A DNA stretch of 64,000 nt. Source: Acidiferrobacterales bacterium. Lineage in GTDB: Bacteria; Pseudomonadota; Gammaproteobacteria; Arenicellales; JAJDZL01. Every line of letters begins with the position of its first letter. The stretch's first letter is position 1. Shown here piece after piece: positions 30,165 to 39,382 of this stretch. Location of the stretch: assembly GCA_028820695.1 (NCBI GenBank), contig JAPPIB010000055.1, positions 64,015-128,014 on the forward strand. Direction: 5' to 3'. A model generated the notes under the pieces. The model ran no database searches and was not told where the DNA came from. It saw only the letters and a list, made by a program, of their open reading frames with translations. The position numbers and the translations under genes were made by a program.

Positions 30165-31901
30165 ATGATTGATCGAGCTATCGCTTCGCGTCTTGTCAGG
30201 CTCTTTGAGCAGTATCCTTTCGTAACCGTGACCGGTCCGCGTCAATCCGGCAAGACAACACTGTGCCGCGCTGTGTTCCCTCATCTGAGGTACGTTAATC
30301 TAGAGTCACCGGATGTGCGGGAATTTGCTCAAAGCGATCCTCGCGGATTCTTGTCTGAAATTGACGATGGCGCAATTATTGATGAAGTTCAGCGTGTCCC
30401 GGAACTTCTTTCATACCTGCAGGTTCTGTCAGACGATAAAGGGCGTAGTAGCCTGTTTGTTCTGACAGGCAGCGAACACTTCAAACTCTCAAACACAATC
30501 AGTCAGTCCCTGGCAGGCCGAACCGGTTTACTTTACCTGCTTCCCTTAACCATTGCTGAACGCGACAGCACGGGTGCCGGCCAATCAATCGAAGACATTC
30601 TCTATTCGGGATTTTATCCACGCATATATGACCAGCAGCTTGATGCAAACCAAGCCTACTCTGACTACTTTGAGACTTACGTTGAACGGGACATACTGCG
30701 GATAGGCCAAATTCGCAATCGGCAGGAATTTCGGCGTTTCGTTCGTCTGTGTGCCGGCAGAATCGGACAGATCGCGAACTTGAGCACAATTGGAGCAGAT
30801 GCAGGTATATCGCACACAACAGCACAACAGTGGCTCAATCTTCTGGAAACCAGTTTCATTGCTTTCAGATTGCCTCCATTTCGTGCCAATCTTCGCAAGC
30901 GTCTCGTCAAGTCACCAAAAATCTATTTTTACGATGTAGGGCTCGCGGCCTATCTGATCGGTATCAACCAGCCGGAACAGATCAGCACCCACCCGATGCG
31001 AGGAGCGTTATTTGAGAACATGGTCGTCGTAGAAACCATGAAGTATTGTTTCAATAACGGGAAACGAGAAATTCTTTCTTTTTTTCGTGACAGTCGAGGT
31101 TTGGAGTGCGACTTGCTGTTCGAGACAGGCGATGAAATATTCGCGATCGAGATCAAATCGGGAGCAACGATCGCAACCGACTATTTCAAGCCGTTTGACA
31201 GAATTGGAGATCTGATTCCGAAAATATCAAGAAAAATCATTGTCTATGGCGGTTCGGCTCGCCAAACCCAAAGTTCAGTTGAGGTGGTGCCTTTCGGTGA
31301 CCTGTCTGATGTGCTTGATCGTTTTCAAGCTGAAAAAGAAATGTCATCCATTGCACGAACTGGTCTGTCCGATTTGCCCGATTCGTCTGACCGCGGCACA
31401 CTGGACGCAGTGTTTTACGCATACATCAGACCCACGCTTGATCATCTTGAGCAACTGCTGAGCGAGCATGTGAAACCGCTATTTCAAAGATATCACGCCG
31501 GCTCGAAACTTAGTGTCAGGGATCGAACAATCAACTCGGCTACCCTCTTCGAGCCCTCGCGCTGGGAGTCAATCAAAGAGCAAGAATTCGCATTTGTGGG
31601 ATTTAGAATCGAAAAATTGCAGCCACTGATATTCGTTCACAGTCTGGAGTTGAAGAATTTAGTTACCAACCTCAACCTTAACTTGACCGTTTCGTTGAAA
31701 TGGACTTTCGACACTGAAGCGTTGACACTTACGATTGATGTCGATGGAAATCAATGTACTGGGCTGTCGGGCCTGCGATGGCCTCATTCCCAAATCGGAA
31801 TCCAAAGTGCAAAAATTGACTTCATCTGTTCGACAGTCCTGAAATCAATCAAACTCGCGATTCAGCAAAATGCTTTGAGCGATTCTGACAGCCGCAAGTA
31901 A
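30165..31901 (+). CDS. AAA+ ATPase of the COG1373 type (AAA_14 + DUF4143-like) with a ~180-aa uncharacterised C-terminal extension
   Basis: It has Walker A VTGPRQSGKTTL, Walker B AIIDEVQRVPEL, then LTGSEHFKLS, GR...L.LLPL and FENMVV.E. This is the usual order in this ATPase family, but at 578 aa it is longer than the roughly 400 aa I recall as typical. Confidence 0.7.
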   Translation: MIDRAIASRLVRLFEQYPFVTVTGPRQSGKTTLCRAVFPHLRYVNLESPDVREFAQSDPRGFLSEIDDGAIIDEVQRVPELLSYLQVLSDDKGRSSLFVLTGSEHFKLSNTISQSLAGRTGLLYLLPLTIAERDSTGAGQSIEDILYSGFYPRIYDQQLDANQAYSDYFETYVERDILRIGQIRNRQEFRRFVRLCAGRIGQIANLSTIGADAGISHTTAQQWLNLLETSFIAFRLPPFRANLRKRLVKSPKIYFYDVGLAAYLIGINQPEQISTHPMRGALFENMVVVETMKYCFNNGKREILSFFRDSRGLECDLLFETGDEIFAIEIKSGATIATDYFKPFDRIGDLIPKISRKIIVYGGSARQTQSSVEVVPFGDLSDVLDRFQAEKEMSSIARTGLSDLPDSSDRGTLDAVFYAYIRPTLDHLEQLLSEHVKPLFQRYHAGSKLSVRDRTINSATLFEPSRWESIKEQEFAFVGFRIEKLQPLIFVHSLELKNLVTNLNLNLTVSLKWTFDTEALTLTIDVDGNQCTGLSGLRWPHSQIGIQSAKIDFICSTVLKSIKLAIQQNALSDSDSRK

Positions 31902-31974
31902 GTCATGCGGCACCGGCTGATCGGGCAGTCAGTTCGATCGGTTCCAACACTCAATGGATACCGCGTCGCCGCAA

Positions 31975-32016
31975 CTCCAGCCGCCTCAATTGACTGGATG
32001 CAGAGAAACGAAAATG
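31975..32016. repeat. Right copy of the 42-bp imperfect direct repeat flanking the AAA ATPase gene
   Basis: CTCCAGCCGCCTCAATTGACTGGATGCAGAGAAACGAAAATG matches 30064-30105 at 37 of 42 positions. Confidence 0.8.
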
Positions 32017-32160
32017 CCTGTATCTCAAGCGTAACTGAGGAATCTTTGCCCGGGCGAGTTTGGAACGCCAGGCAACATCATGTAGCGAAAGCATTGAGAC
32101 TGTTGGAATGATGGCTGAATCCTGCCTGGTCACAGACAGTATCCATTGTCCGGGACTGTG

Positions 32161-32475
32161 TTATTCGCCGGTTTGATTGACGGGCTGGGCATCCGGGTTG
32201 TTTCGAAGCCATTCCTGATATTTCTGGTACTCTTGCCACTCTTTCCAGAGCAAGTATTCCTGATAAGCTGGATCGTCTTCACCGGGGCCGAGCCGCCCAC
32301 CGCCTTGATTGAACAAAAACAGCGGCGAACCTTGGATATCTCCCCCTCCTTTCGGGTTATCTGGAACAGGAGGGTGACTTGACTTCCGGTCTGACTGCCT
32401 GTCTCCACATCCCAACAGGGCACCTAGTGTAAATACCACCGTAGCGAATAGAATCAAGGAAGACTTTTTTGACAT
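32161..32475 (-). CDS. Small lipoprotein, W/Y/Q/E-rich C-terminus
   Basis: The internal start MSKKSSLILFATVVFTLGALLGCGD gives a signal peptide plus lipobox. I see no recognisable family. Confidence 0.5.
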   Translation of the reverse strand: MSKKSSLILFATVVFTLGALLGCGDRQSDRKSSHPPVPDNPKGGGDIQGSPLFLFNQGGGRLGPGEDDPAYQEYLLWKEWQEYQKYQEWLRNNPDAQPVNQTGE

Positions 32476-32530
32476 TTCAATGACTGCCTGCTCAGAATTT
32501 TCAGCACATGACCTTACAAACCGGTGGTTA

Positions 32531-33232
32531 TTATATTGAACAATTTGACAACTGGGGCAGTTCGTCAGAAGTTTGCGACGACGCAATCTGTTGAATCAGC
32601 TGCCCGACATACGGAGCGATTCGGCCGACAATCAAGTCAACACCCGCCTCATTCGGATGAATGCCATCGTTTTGATTCAATGACGGTTCGGTTGCGACGC
32701 CGTCAAGAAAAAAAGGATAGAACAGCAAACCAAACTCCTCGGCGAGGTCCGGGTAGATGCTGTCGAACCTTTCGTAGTAGTCTGCTCCAAGATTGCGGGG
32801 CGCCTTCGCACCGAAAAACAATATGGGCAACCCTCTGGACTGGATTTTCCTGATTATTTCGGTCAGGTTGTGACGAACGGACTCAACCGGTACAGCTCGA
32901 AACGCGTCGTTGTAGCCCAGGAACACAATCACGCCCGAGTATGGATCGGACAGCACCCAGTCGACCCGCGCGAGTCCGCCGCCAGTGGTATCACCGGACA
33001 CGCCGGAGTTGACGATGCTGACCGGGCAGCCTCTCTCCTTCAGTGTGTTCTGCAGTTTTGACGTAAACCCGTGTTCGGACGCGAGTCCGTAACCTGCGAT
33101 CAGACTGTCGCCGATTGCGACAATCCTTATTGATTCCGGGGAGGCAGCGTCAGTTTCGGCCGGCAGCAAACCTGCAACAACAAAAATGACTGCTGCCAGG
33201 CCCGGAAACGAACCGAAGAACGTGTTATTCAT
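32531..33232 (-). CDS. SGNH/GDSL hydrolase, TesA-like (acyl-CoA thioesterase I / lysophospholipase L1 family)
   Basis: A signal peptide is followed by IVAIGDSLIAGYG (block I), NSGVSGDTT (block II), GYNDA (block III) and DGIHPN (block V). Confidence 0.78.
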   Translation of the reverse strand: MNNTFFGSFPGLAAVIFVVAGLLPAETDAASPESIRIVAIGDSLIAGYGLASEHGFTSKLQNTLKERGCPVSIVNSGVSGDTTGGGLARVDWVLSDPYSGVIVFLGYNDAFRAVPVESVRHNLTEIIRKIQSRGLPILFFGAKAPRNLGADYYERFDSIYPDLAEEFGLLFYPFFLDGVATEPSLNQNDGIHPNEAGVDLIVGRIAPYVGQLIQQIASSQTSDELPQLSNCSI

Positions 33233-33296
33233 AATCGCTGCTGATTGAAGTGAGTCGGGTTTTTTAATGACCTGGAATCCATCCGGCAAGACGTTT

Positions 33297-34001
33297 TCAA
33301 CGCTGCGTCCTGGAAGGCCGAGGCCCGAACAGTGCGGTGCCGATGCGGACGTGGGTTGAGCCTTGACTGATCGCAACCTCCATGTCTGCCGTCATGCCCA
33401 TGGACAGAGTATCCAGCGGATGCCCCTGCTTGATCGCCAGTTCCAGCCACTGTCTCAATCGGGCAAAAACCGCGCGTTGCCGCTCAACCGTGTCGACAGG
33501 TTCCGGTATGATCATCAAACCCCGAATACGAACGCGGGGGAGACTCGCGATCTCGTCCAGCAACGGCAACAACTGCTCACCAGCCACGCCCGACTTTGTC
33601 GCCTCGCCTTGCAGATTGGTCTGGACACACAGATTCAATGGCGGCAGATCATCAGGGCGCTGATCGTTCAGCCTCCTGGCAATCTTGTATCGGTCGACAC
33701 TGTGTACCCAGGAAAAGTGATTGGCAATATCCTTGGTCTTGTTGCTCTGTATGCTTCCGATGAAATGCCATTCAAGTTGCAGATCAGACAGCATCCGCTG
33801 CTTGCCGATCGCTTCCTGGACAAAATTCTCCGCGAAAATGCGCTGGCCACATTCAGCCAGGGTCCTGACGGCTTGTGCCGGGTGCAGTTTTCCGACCGCC
33901 ACCAGACTTACAGAGCCGGCTTGCCTGCCCGCCTGCCTTTCGGCCGCGTGAATCCGGTCCACTACGGTTCGATAATTTTCGGCGAGATTCGAATTGTTCA
34001 T
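33297..34001 (-). CDS. yggS: YggS-family pyridoxal-phosphate homeostasis protein
   Basis: It shows LVAVGKLHP, FAENFVQE, EWHFIGSIQSNKTK, LSMGMT.D...AI..GST.VRIGTALFG. The start was chosen at MNNSNL. Confidence 0.88.
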   Translation of the reverse strand: MNNSNLAENYRTVVDRIHAAERQAGRQAGSVSLVAVGKLHPAQAVRTLAECGQRIFAENFVQEAIGKQRMLSDLQLEWHFIGSIQSNKTKDIANHFSWVHSVDRYKIARRLNDQRPDDLPPLNLCVQTNLQGEATKSGVAGEQLLPLLDEIASLPRVRIRGLMIIPEPVDTVERQRAVFARLRQWLELAIKQGHPLDTLSMGMTADMEVAISQGSTHVRIGTALFGPRPSRTQR

Positions 34002-34200
34002 GAATGGCTGTTGACAATTACGGGCGCACGCGATACCGGATGCCTCGCATACACCTATTATTATCGCCAATCAGGTTACGCGAGTGTGATGTTAGATGCA
34101 TAATTGTCCATTGACCACTACAATAGTCTGCGCCAGTTGCCGCGCTGGCATATAGAGTAATCAGCCTGAAAGAATCGACAGTTTCGGAGATCTCCAACCA

Positions 34201-35277
34201 GTGAGGGAATCTGCCTTGCAAGTTTTGACCGACCCGTTTTTTGTGCTTGGATTTGTGCTGATTTTGGCGTGGGTCTCATTTGTGTTGCTCAGACGTTCAT
34301 CGGCCCGCAACAGCCACGACGATAGATTCGACCTGCTTGAGCAAATCACCGAAAAACTCGCCGCCCAGGAACGAGTGTTGACAGGATTGCTGGATCAGCG
34401 TCTGGAAAGAACCGGAATTGATGTTCGACAGACTCTTGAGAAAACGTCCCAAGAGACGTCGGTAACGCTAGGTGACCTCAGACAAAGGCTTGGGGAGATT
34501 ACGGTATATCAGGGCAAAATCACGGATTTGTCGACGAGGGTCAACCGATTGCATGAGGTGCTCGCAAGTACCAAGCACAAAGGTATATTCGGAGAACAGC
34601 AACTTGCAGACATCATCCGCAACGTGTTGCCGGCACAGAGCTATGAGTTTCAGTCTTCGCTTTCGAACGCCAGACGGGCTGACCTGATACTGAAGTTGCC
34701 GAATCCACCCGGCTCGATCTGCGTCGACTCAAAATTTCCGCTTCAATCCTTTCAGGACATTCAGGACGCACGCGAGACCAAGGACGTAGACGGAGCACGC
34801 CGAAAGTTCAAGACTGCAGTCCGGAAGCACATCGTGGACATTGCGAACAAGTACATCGTAGCCGGTGAAACCAGTGAATTCGCGCTGATGTTTGTACCGT
34901 CCGAAGCAATTTTCGCGGAAATTCAGGACGCTCACCAGGATCTTGTGAAGGAGTCACACGATGCCCGGGTATATATTGTGTCGCCGACAACCATGATGGC
35001 GACCGTAACCGCGATTCGCGGTATTGTCAGAGATGCCGAACTGAGCCATCAGGCGCAACAGGTCAGGGAAGTCTTGCTGAAAGTCGCCGTTGAGGTCGAA
35101 AAACTGGACGAACTGGCAAAAAAACTCCAAAAGAACTTCGACCGGCTGCAGGGCGATGTATCCCGGATCACCCGCAGAACACACAGTGTGAGGGAAAGGA
35201 TCGATGTGATCGGTGACGCTCACCGCGAAGAAGAGACGGGTCAGGACGGATCGCGGGAACCGAGTGTACAGCCATGA
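34201..35277 (+). CDS. rmuC: DNA recombination protein RmuC
   Basis: An N-terminal TM and coiled coil are followed by RADLILKLPN....CVDSKFPL, ALMFVPSEAIFAEI and YIVSPTTMMA, the RmuC nuclease-like core. Confidence 0.85.
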   Translation: MRESALQVLTDPFFVLGFVLILAWVSFVLLRRSSARNSHDDRFDLLEQITEKLAAQERVLTGLLDQRLERTGIDVRQTLEKTSQETSVTLGDLRQRLGEITVYQGKITDLSTRVNRLHEVLASTKHKGIFGEQQLADIIRNVLPAQSYEFQSSLSNARRADLILKLPNPPGSICVDSKFPLQSFQDIQDARETKDVDGARRKFKTAVRKHIVDIANKYIVAGETSEFALMFVPSEAIFAEIQDAHQDLVKESHDARVYIVSPTTMMATVTAIRGIVRDAELSHQAQQVREVLLKVAVEVEKLDELAKKLQKNFDRLQGDVSRITRRTHSVRERIDVIGDAHREEETGQDGSREPSVQP

Positions 35278-35387
35278 TTCTTGAGCCCTATCAAGCCGGA
35301 CCCGCCTGACTGTACCCGATGAACCCCGATGCAATGCCGTATCGCTGACGCCGAGTCTCCCACAATAGTTCTGACATCCGCATCGTC

Positions 35388-35885
35388 ATGGCTGACGTAT
35401 TTGACAAAGCGAAACGAAGCCGGATCATGGCGTCCATTACCGCGAAGGATACCAAGCCGGAAATGACAATCCGCAAGGCGCTGCATCGCAACGGTTACCG
35501 GTACCGACTTCATGACCGGACCCTTCCCGGCACACCGGATCTGACATTTCGGAAGTTCAAGGCAGTGATTATGGTTCACGGATGCTTCTGGCATGGACAT
35601 GATTGCACCTTGTTCAGGATGCCGGCAACGAATCAGAAGTACTGGAGCGACAAGATCAGCAACAACCAAAAACGTGATCAGAAAGTCCGGCAAGAATTGC
35701 TTGACTTGGGATGGCGCGTGCTCATCATCTGGGAGTGCAGCATGAAGGGTAGACATCGAACGGTATTGGATGACCTGATCCCGGCAATAGAAAACTGGTT
35801 GCTGAGCGACCATCGTGAGCTTGAGATCAGCGGCGGATCATCGATCTCGGGAGCCGAGCCGCCAAACTTGCATTGCAACAGTTGA
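35388..35885 (+). CDS. vsr: Very short patch repair endonuclease
   Basis: MADVFDKAKRSRIMASI..KDTKPE, LPGTPDL, HGCFWHGH.C..F..P and LGWRVLIIWEC are collinear with E. coli Vsr. Confidence 0.88.
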   Translation: MADVFDKAKRSRIMASITAKDTKPEMTIRKALHRNGYRYRLHDRTLPGTPDLTFRKFKAVIMVHGCFWHGHDCTLFRMPATNQKYWSDKISNNQKRDQKVRQELLDLGWRVLIIWECSMKGRHRTVLDDLIPAIENWLLSDHRELEISGGSSISGAEPPNLHCNS

Positions 35886-35993
35886 AAATAACCCGAATAA
35901 CCACATCTATCCGTGTGCTGGTGATTCACATCCGCGGCCGTCCTCACCAGTTTTCCGATCAGGATGGTTTGATTTGTCCGTGCCAATCCGGGA

Positions 35994-36695
35994 ATGAAGA
36001 TGGTTAACAAAGAAAATGAGCCTATCGTTGCGCTCAACGATCTGTGGTTGGTACTCAAAAGCCAGGCAGGGAGTGTTGAGATACTTCGAGGGGTCAATCT
36101 CAACGTAAGGTACGGCGAGAGTGTCAGTATTTCGGGACCGTCAGGTGCCGGCAAAACCAGTTTGATGATGATTATCGGCGGCATGGAAAAAGCCACCCGT
36201 GGACAGGCCGTTGTTGCAGGAGTGCGAATTAACGACTCGACTGAAGATGAGCTTGCCAGGTTCCGCAGACAGCATGTCGGGATTGTCTTTCAGTCCTTTC
36301 ATCTGATTCCAACCATGACGGCCTTGGAGAACGTCGCAATTCCACTCGAATTGTCCGGAGACAAGGATGCATTCGATCGGGCGAGAAGCGAGCTCGCCGA
36401 GGTCGGCCTTCTGTCCAGACTCGGTCACTATCCGAGCCAACTGTCAGGTGGCGAGCAACAACGCGTCGCCATCGCCCGTGCGTTGATTGCGCAACCTGAC
36501 CTGATTCTTGCGGACGAGCCCACCGGCAACCTGGACATGACGAACAGCGAACGAATCATGGATCTTCTGATTCAACGTTGTGCTGACAAGAACGCGACGC
36601 TGCTTCTCATTACCCATCAAAGGGAACTCGCGCAACGTTGCACCCGACATGTGGAAATTTCCGACGGCCGAATCATCGCCAATACGGACGGATAG
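35994..36695 (+). CDS. ABC transporter ATP-binding protein (YbbA/LolD-like)
   Basis: It has Walker [11 protein letters not shown], the Q-loop, signature [15 protein letters not shown], Walker [12 protein letters not shown] and the H-loop ITH. Confidence 0.88.
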   Translation: MKMVNKENEPIVALNDLWLVLKSQAGSVEILRGVNLNVRYGESVSISGPSGAGKTSLMMIIGGMEKATRGQAVVAGVRINDSTEDELARFRRQHVGIVFQSFHLIPTMTALENVAIPLELSGDKDAFDRARSELAEVGLLSRLGHYPSQLSGGEQQRVAIARALIAQPDLILADEPTGNLDMTNSERIMDLLIQRCADKNATLLLITHQRELAQRCTRHVEISDGRIIANTDG

Positions 36696-36701
36696 AGTCT
36701 G

Positions 36702-39227
36702 ATGAACCTCACCGTCCTCAAAGTTGCATACCGCGATCTGCGACGCGGACATCGCGGCTTTTGGATTTTTCTGAGTTGCCTCGCACTCGGTGTGGCTGCA
36801 ATCACTGCGGTCATGACCATGTCAGCCAGTCTGGTCAATGGAATCGAGAGAGATGGCAGGATACTGCTCGGTGGCGAGATCGCGATCGGACAGCAGTTTC
36901 ATGACCTGACCGACGAACAGCTTCTGGAAATTCAGCAATACTCGGAATCCAGCACCAGATTTTTGGAAATGCGGACCCTGTTGCGTAGCGACGATGTTCG
37001 CAGAAGTGGACTCATTTCGTTAAAGGCGATCGACGACAACTATCCCGTTTACGGAGAGTTTGTTGTTCGCGACGGCGGAAATATCAGCGAATTGATCGCC
37101 TGGAACGGGGAAACATGGGGCGCGATTGTCGATCCAGTCCTGATTGAGTCAGGCCGGGTGTCGGTCGGTGAGCAGGTTTTCCTGGGAAACGCCATCTTCA
37201 CGGTTACCGCAGTGATCGAAAATGAACCGGACCGCATCGGCAGTACAGGAAGCTTCGGTTTCTGGCCGCGGGTGATTGTCAGTGACGAGGCGGTCAAGGC
37301 GGCCGGATTGGTGGTGGAAGGCAGTCGCACGTACTTCGACTACCGGATCAAGCTGAAACAGGGAGTCGACCCCCGCGAGCTCAAGACGCGCTGGTCGGAG
37401 CAGTATCCGAATCTGGACGTTCGAGACTATTCCAACGCGTCGCCGAACCTGGCCGAGGTGATCGAGCGGATCGGTGTGCTGCTGGCACTTGCCGGACTGA
37501 CAACACTGCTGATCGGCGGAGTAGGCGTAAGCAATGCGATTCGCGCCTATATGGACACCCGACTTTCGACGATTGCCATACTCAAGTGTGTCGGCGCGTC
37601 GCAGCGCCTCGTCTTTAGGATCTATCTGACTCAGATTCTGTTGCTTTCCGGTGTCGGTATCGCACTGGGTATGACGTTCGGGACCGCCCTGTCATTGGTG
37701 AGCGGGACGATCATTGCGAACCTGTATTCAGTTCCCATTGCGTACTCGTTCAGTCTTTACATCGCGATGATCATCATCACGTATGGCATGCTTACAGCCA
37801 TATTGTTCACATTATGGCCGCTTGCCTGCGCCCTCAACACGATGCCCTCGGCTCTTTTCAGAAATGCGGCGACCGCAGAAAGACGCACCGCCTCGTGGAT
37901 CTATGGTGTGATTTCCGCGCTGTTGGCTGTCGTGCTGGCCGGGATTGTAATCACGACCGCATACGAAACCCGATTTGCGGTTTGGTTTGTCATCTGCGTC
38001 AGTGTCGCCTGGGCCGCATTCAGGCTGGTAGGGCTGATCATCACCGTGATGTCAAGAAAATTCGGATTCCGGCATCTGCCCGCGCTTCGTCTGGCCATCG
38101 CCAACCTCCACCGTCCCGGGGCAGCCACCTCCGATATCGTGCTGGCAATCGGTCTGGGACTGTCGGTCCTGGTGGCGACCGCCATGGTATCGGCCAACAT
38201 GGACGAGCAGATCAACAATCTGATTCCGGACAACGCACCGACTTTCTTTTTCCTGGGCATTCAGTCAGAGCAGCTCAATGAATTCGAAAATCTGATTGAA
38301 GCGGCCGATGGCACCTCCGACTTGAATATTCTGCCCTATATTCCAGGCCGGATCACGCAGATCAAGGGAATGAACCCACTTGATGCCCTGGTGGACGAAG
38401 ACAGCCGCTGGCTGGTCGATGACGACGGTGAGCGCATATTCTCCTACACCGCGGTTCCGCTTGAGGGTGGCGAGATGATCAAGGGTGACTGGTGGAGCCC
38501 TGAATACTCAGGACCGCCTCTTCTTTCCATTCATAAGGATGTTGCGGAAGGTTTTGATGTCGACATCGGTGATACGATCACCATGAACATCCTGGGTCGG
38601 GAAATAACCGGTACCGTTCACAATATCCGCGATCTGGAATGGCGGTCAATGCGTCTGAATTTTGCCATTATGCTGTCACCGCATCCTCTGAATACGATCC
38701 CGCACTCGAATGTCGGTACGGTTCGCGCGCCCCCTGAAGTCGACTTTGTGCTGCAGGAGCACGTTGCGAGCAGTTACGCCAACATAACCGTGATTCGAAT
38801 CAAGGATGCCTTGGACCGTGTTGCCAACCTTATGGCACAGGCAAGAACTGTAGCCGGCAGCATCAGTACGGTTACAGTCCTGGCGGGAATCTTGGTGCTG
38901 GCGGGCATTGTCATCTCGGAGAATCGTCGACGGGCGTACGAGAGCGTACTGCTGAAGACAATCGGAGCCTCGAGAAAATACGTACTGGCAGCATTTTCGT
39001 TCGAATATCTGCTGCAGGGCGTAATCACCGCAGTGGTTGCGATCATATTTGGAACGGCCGCATCATGGGCAGTTGTTTCCGGGCTGATGGGTTGGGACTG
39101 GCAGCTGATACCGCTTCCCGCTTTGAATACAGCGATTCTGGGTTTGGCCATTTCTTTGGTTCTGGGCATGTTCGGCATCCTGAGAGCGTTGAGACAACGT
39201 CCGCTGACGTATCTGAGAAACGGATGA
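36702..39227 (+). CDS. FtsX-family ABC transporter permease with duplicated 4-TM modules (YbbP-like)
   Basis: 841 aa. It has two FtsX-like TM bundles, each preceded by a large extracytoplasmic domain, and sits immediately after the LolD-like ATPase. Confidence 0.8.
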   Translation: MNLTVLKVAYRDLRRGHRGFWIFLSCLALGVAAITAVMTMSASLVNGIERDGRILLGGEIAIGQQFHDLTDEQLLEIQQYSESSTRFLEMRTLLRSDDVRRSGLISLKAIDDNYPVYGEFVVRDGGNISELIAWNGETWGAIVDPVLIESGRVSVGEQVFLGNAIFTVTAVIENEPDRIGSTGSFGFWPRVIVSDEAVKAAGLVVEGSRTYFDYRIKLKQGVDPRELKTRWSEQYPNLDVRDYSNASPNLAEVIERIGVLLALAGLTTLLIGGVGVSNAIRAYMDTRLSTIAILKCVGASQRLVFRIYLTQILLLSGVGIALGMTFGTALSLVSGTIIANLYSVPIAYSFSLYIAMIIITYGMLTAILFTLWPLACALNTMPSALFRNAATAERRTASWIYGVISALLAVVLAGIVITTAYETRFAVWFVICVSVAWAAFRLVGLIITVMSRKFGFRHLPALRLAIANLHRPGAATSDIVLAIGLGLSVLVATAMVSANMDEQINNLIPDNAPTFFFLGIQSEQLNEFENLIEAADGTSDLNILPYIPGRITQIKGMNPLDALVDEDSRWLVDDDGERIFSYTAVPLEGGEMIKGDWWSPEYSGPPLLSIHKDVAEGFDVDIGDTITMNILGREITGTVHNIRDLEWRSMRLNFAIMLSPHPLNTIPHSNVGTVRAPPEVDFVLQEHVASSYANITVIRIKDALDRVANLMAQARTVAGSISTVTVLAGILVLAGIVISENRRRAYESVLLKTIGASRKYVLAAFSFEYLLQGVITAVVAIIFGTAASWAVVSGLMGWDWQLIPLPALNTAILGLAISLVLGMFGILRALRQRPLTYLRNG

Positions 39228-39382
39228 TTGTTGAGTTTAATCAATGTTGAGGAGCACGGCCGATGTCGACAATCGCAGGGCCTGATCACAGCTGTTGCGG
39301 AATTTGGGTGCCAATCGGCGAGTCCAATCATTTAAAATTTGCAAGGCACTTCATTTTTTGACCGCAGACGGAGCATTCTAAA

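Noticed and set aside
33363-34103. 246-aa plus-strand ORF.
   Set aside because: It is antisense to yggS, whose PLP-binding motifs are clear on the minus strand.
35241-36196. Minus-strand ORFs of 190 aa and 172 aa.
   Set aside because: They are antisense to vsr and to the ABC ATPase, both of which are unambiguous.
38774-39331. 185-aa minus-strand ORF.
   Set aside because: It is antisense to the 3' end of the FtsX-type permease gene.
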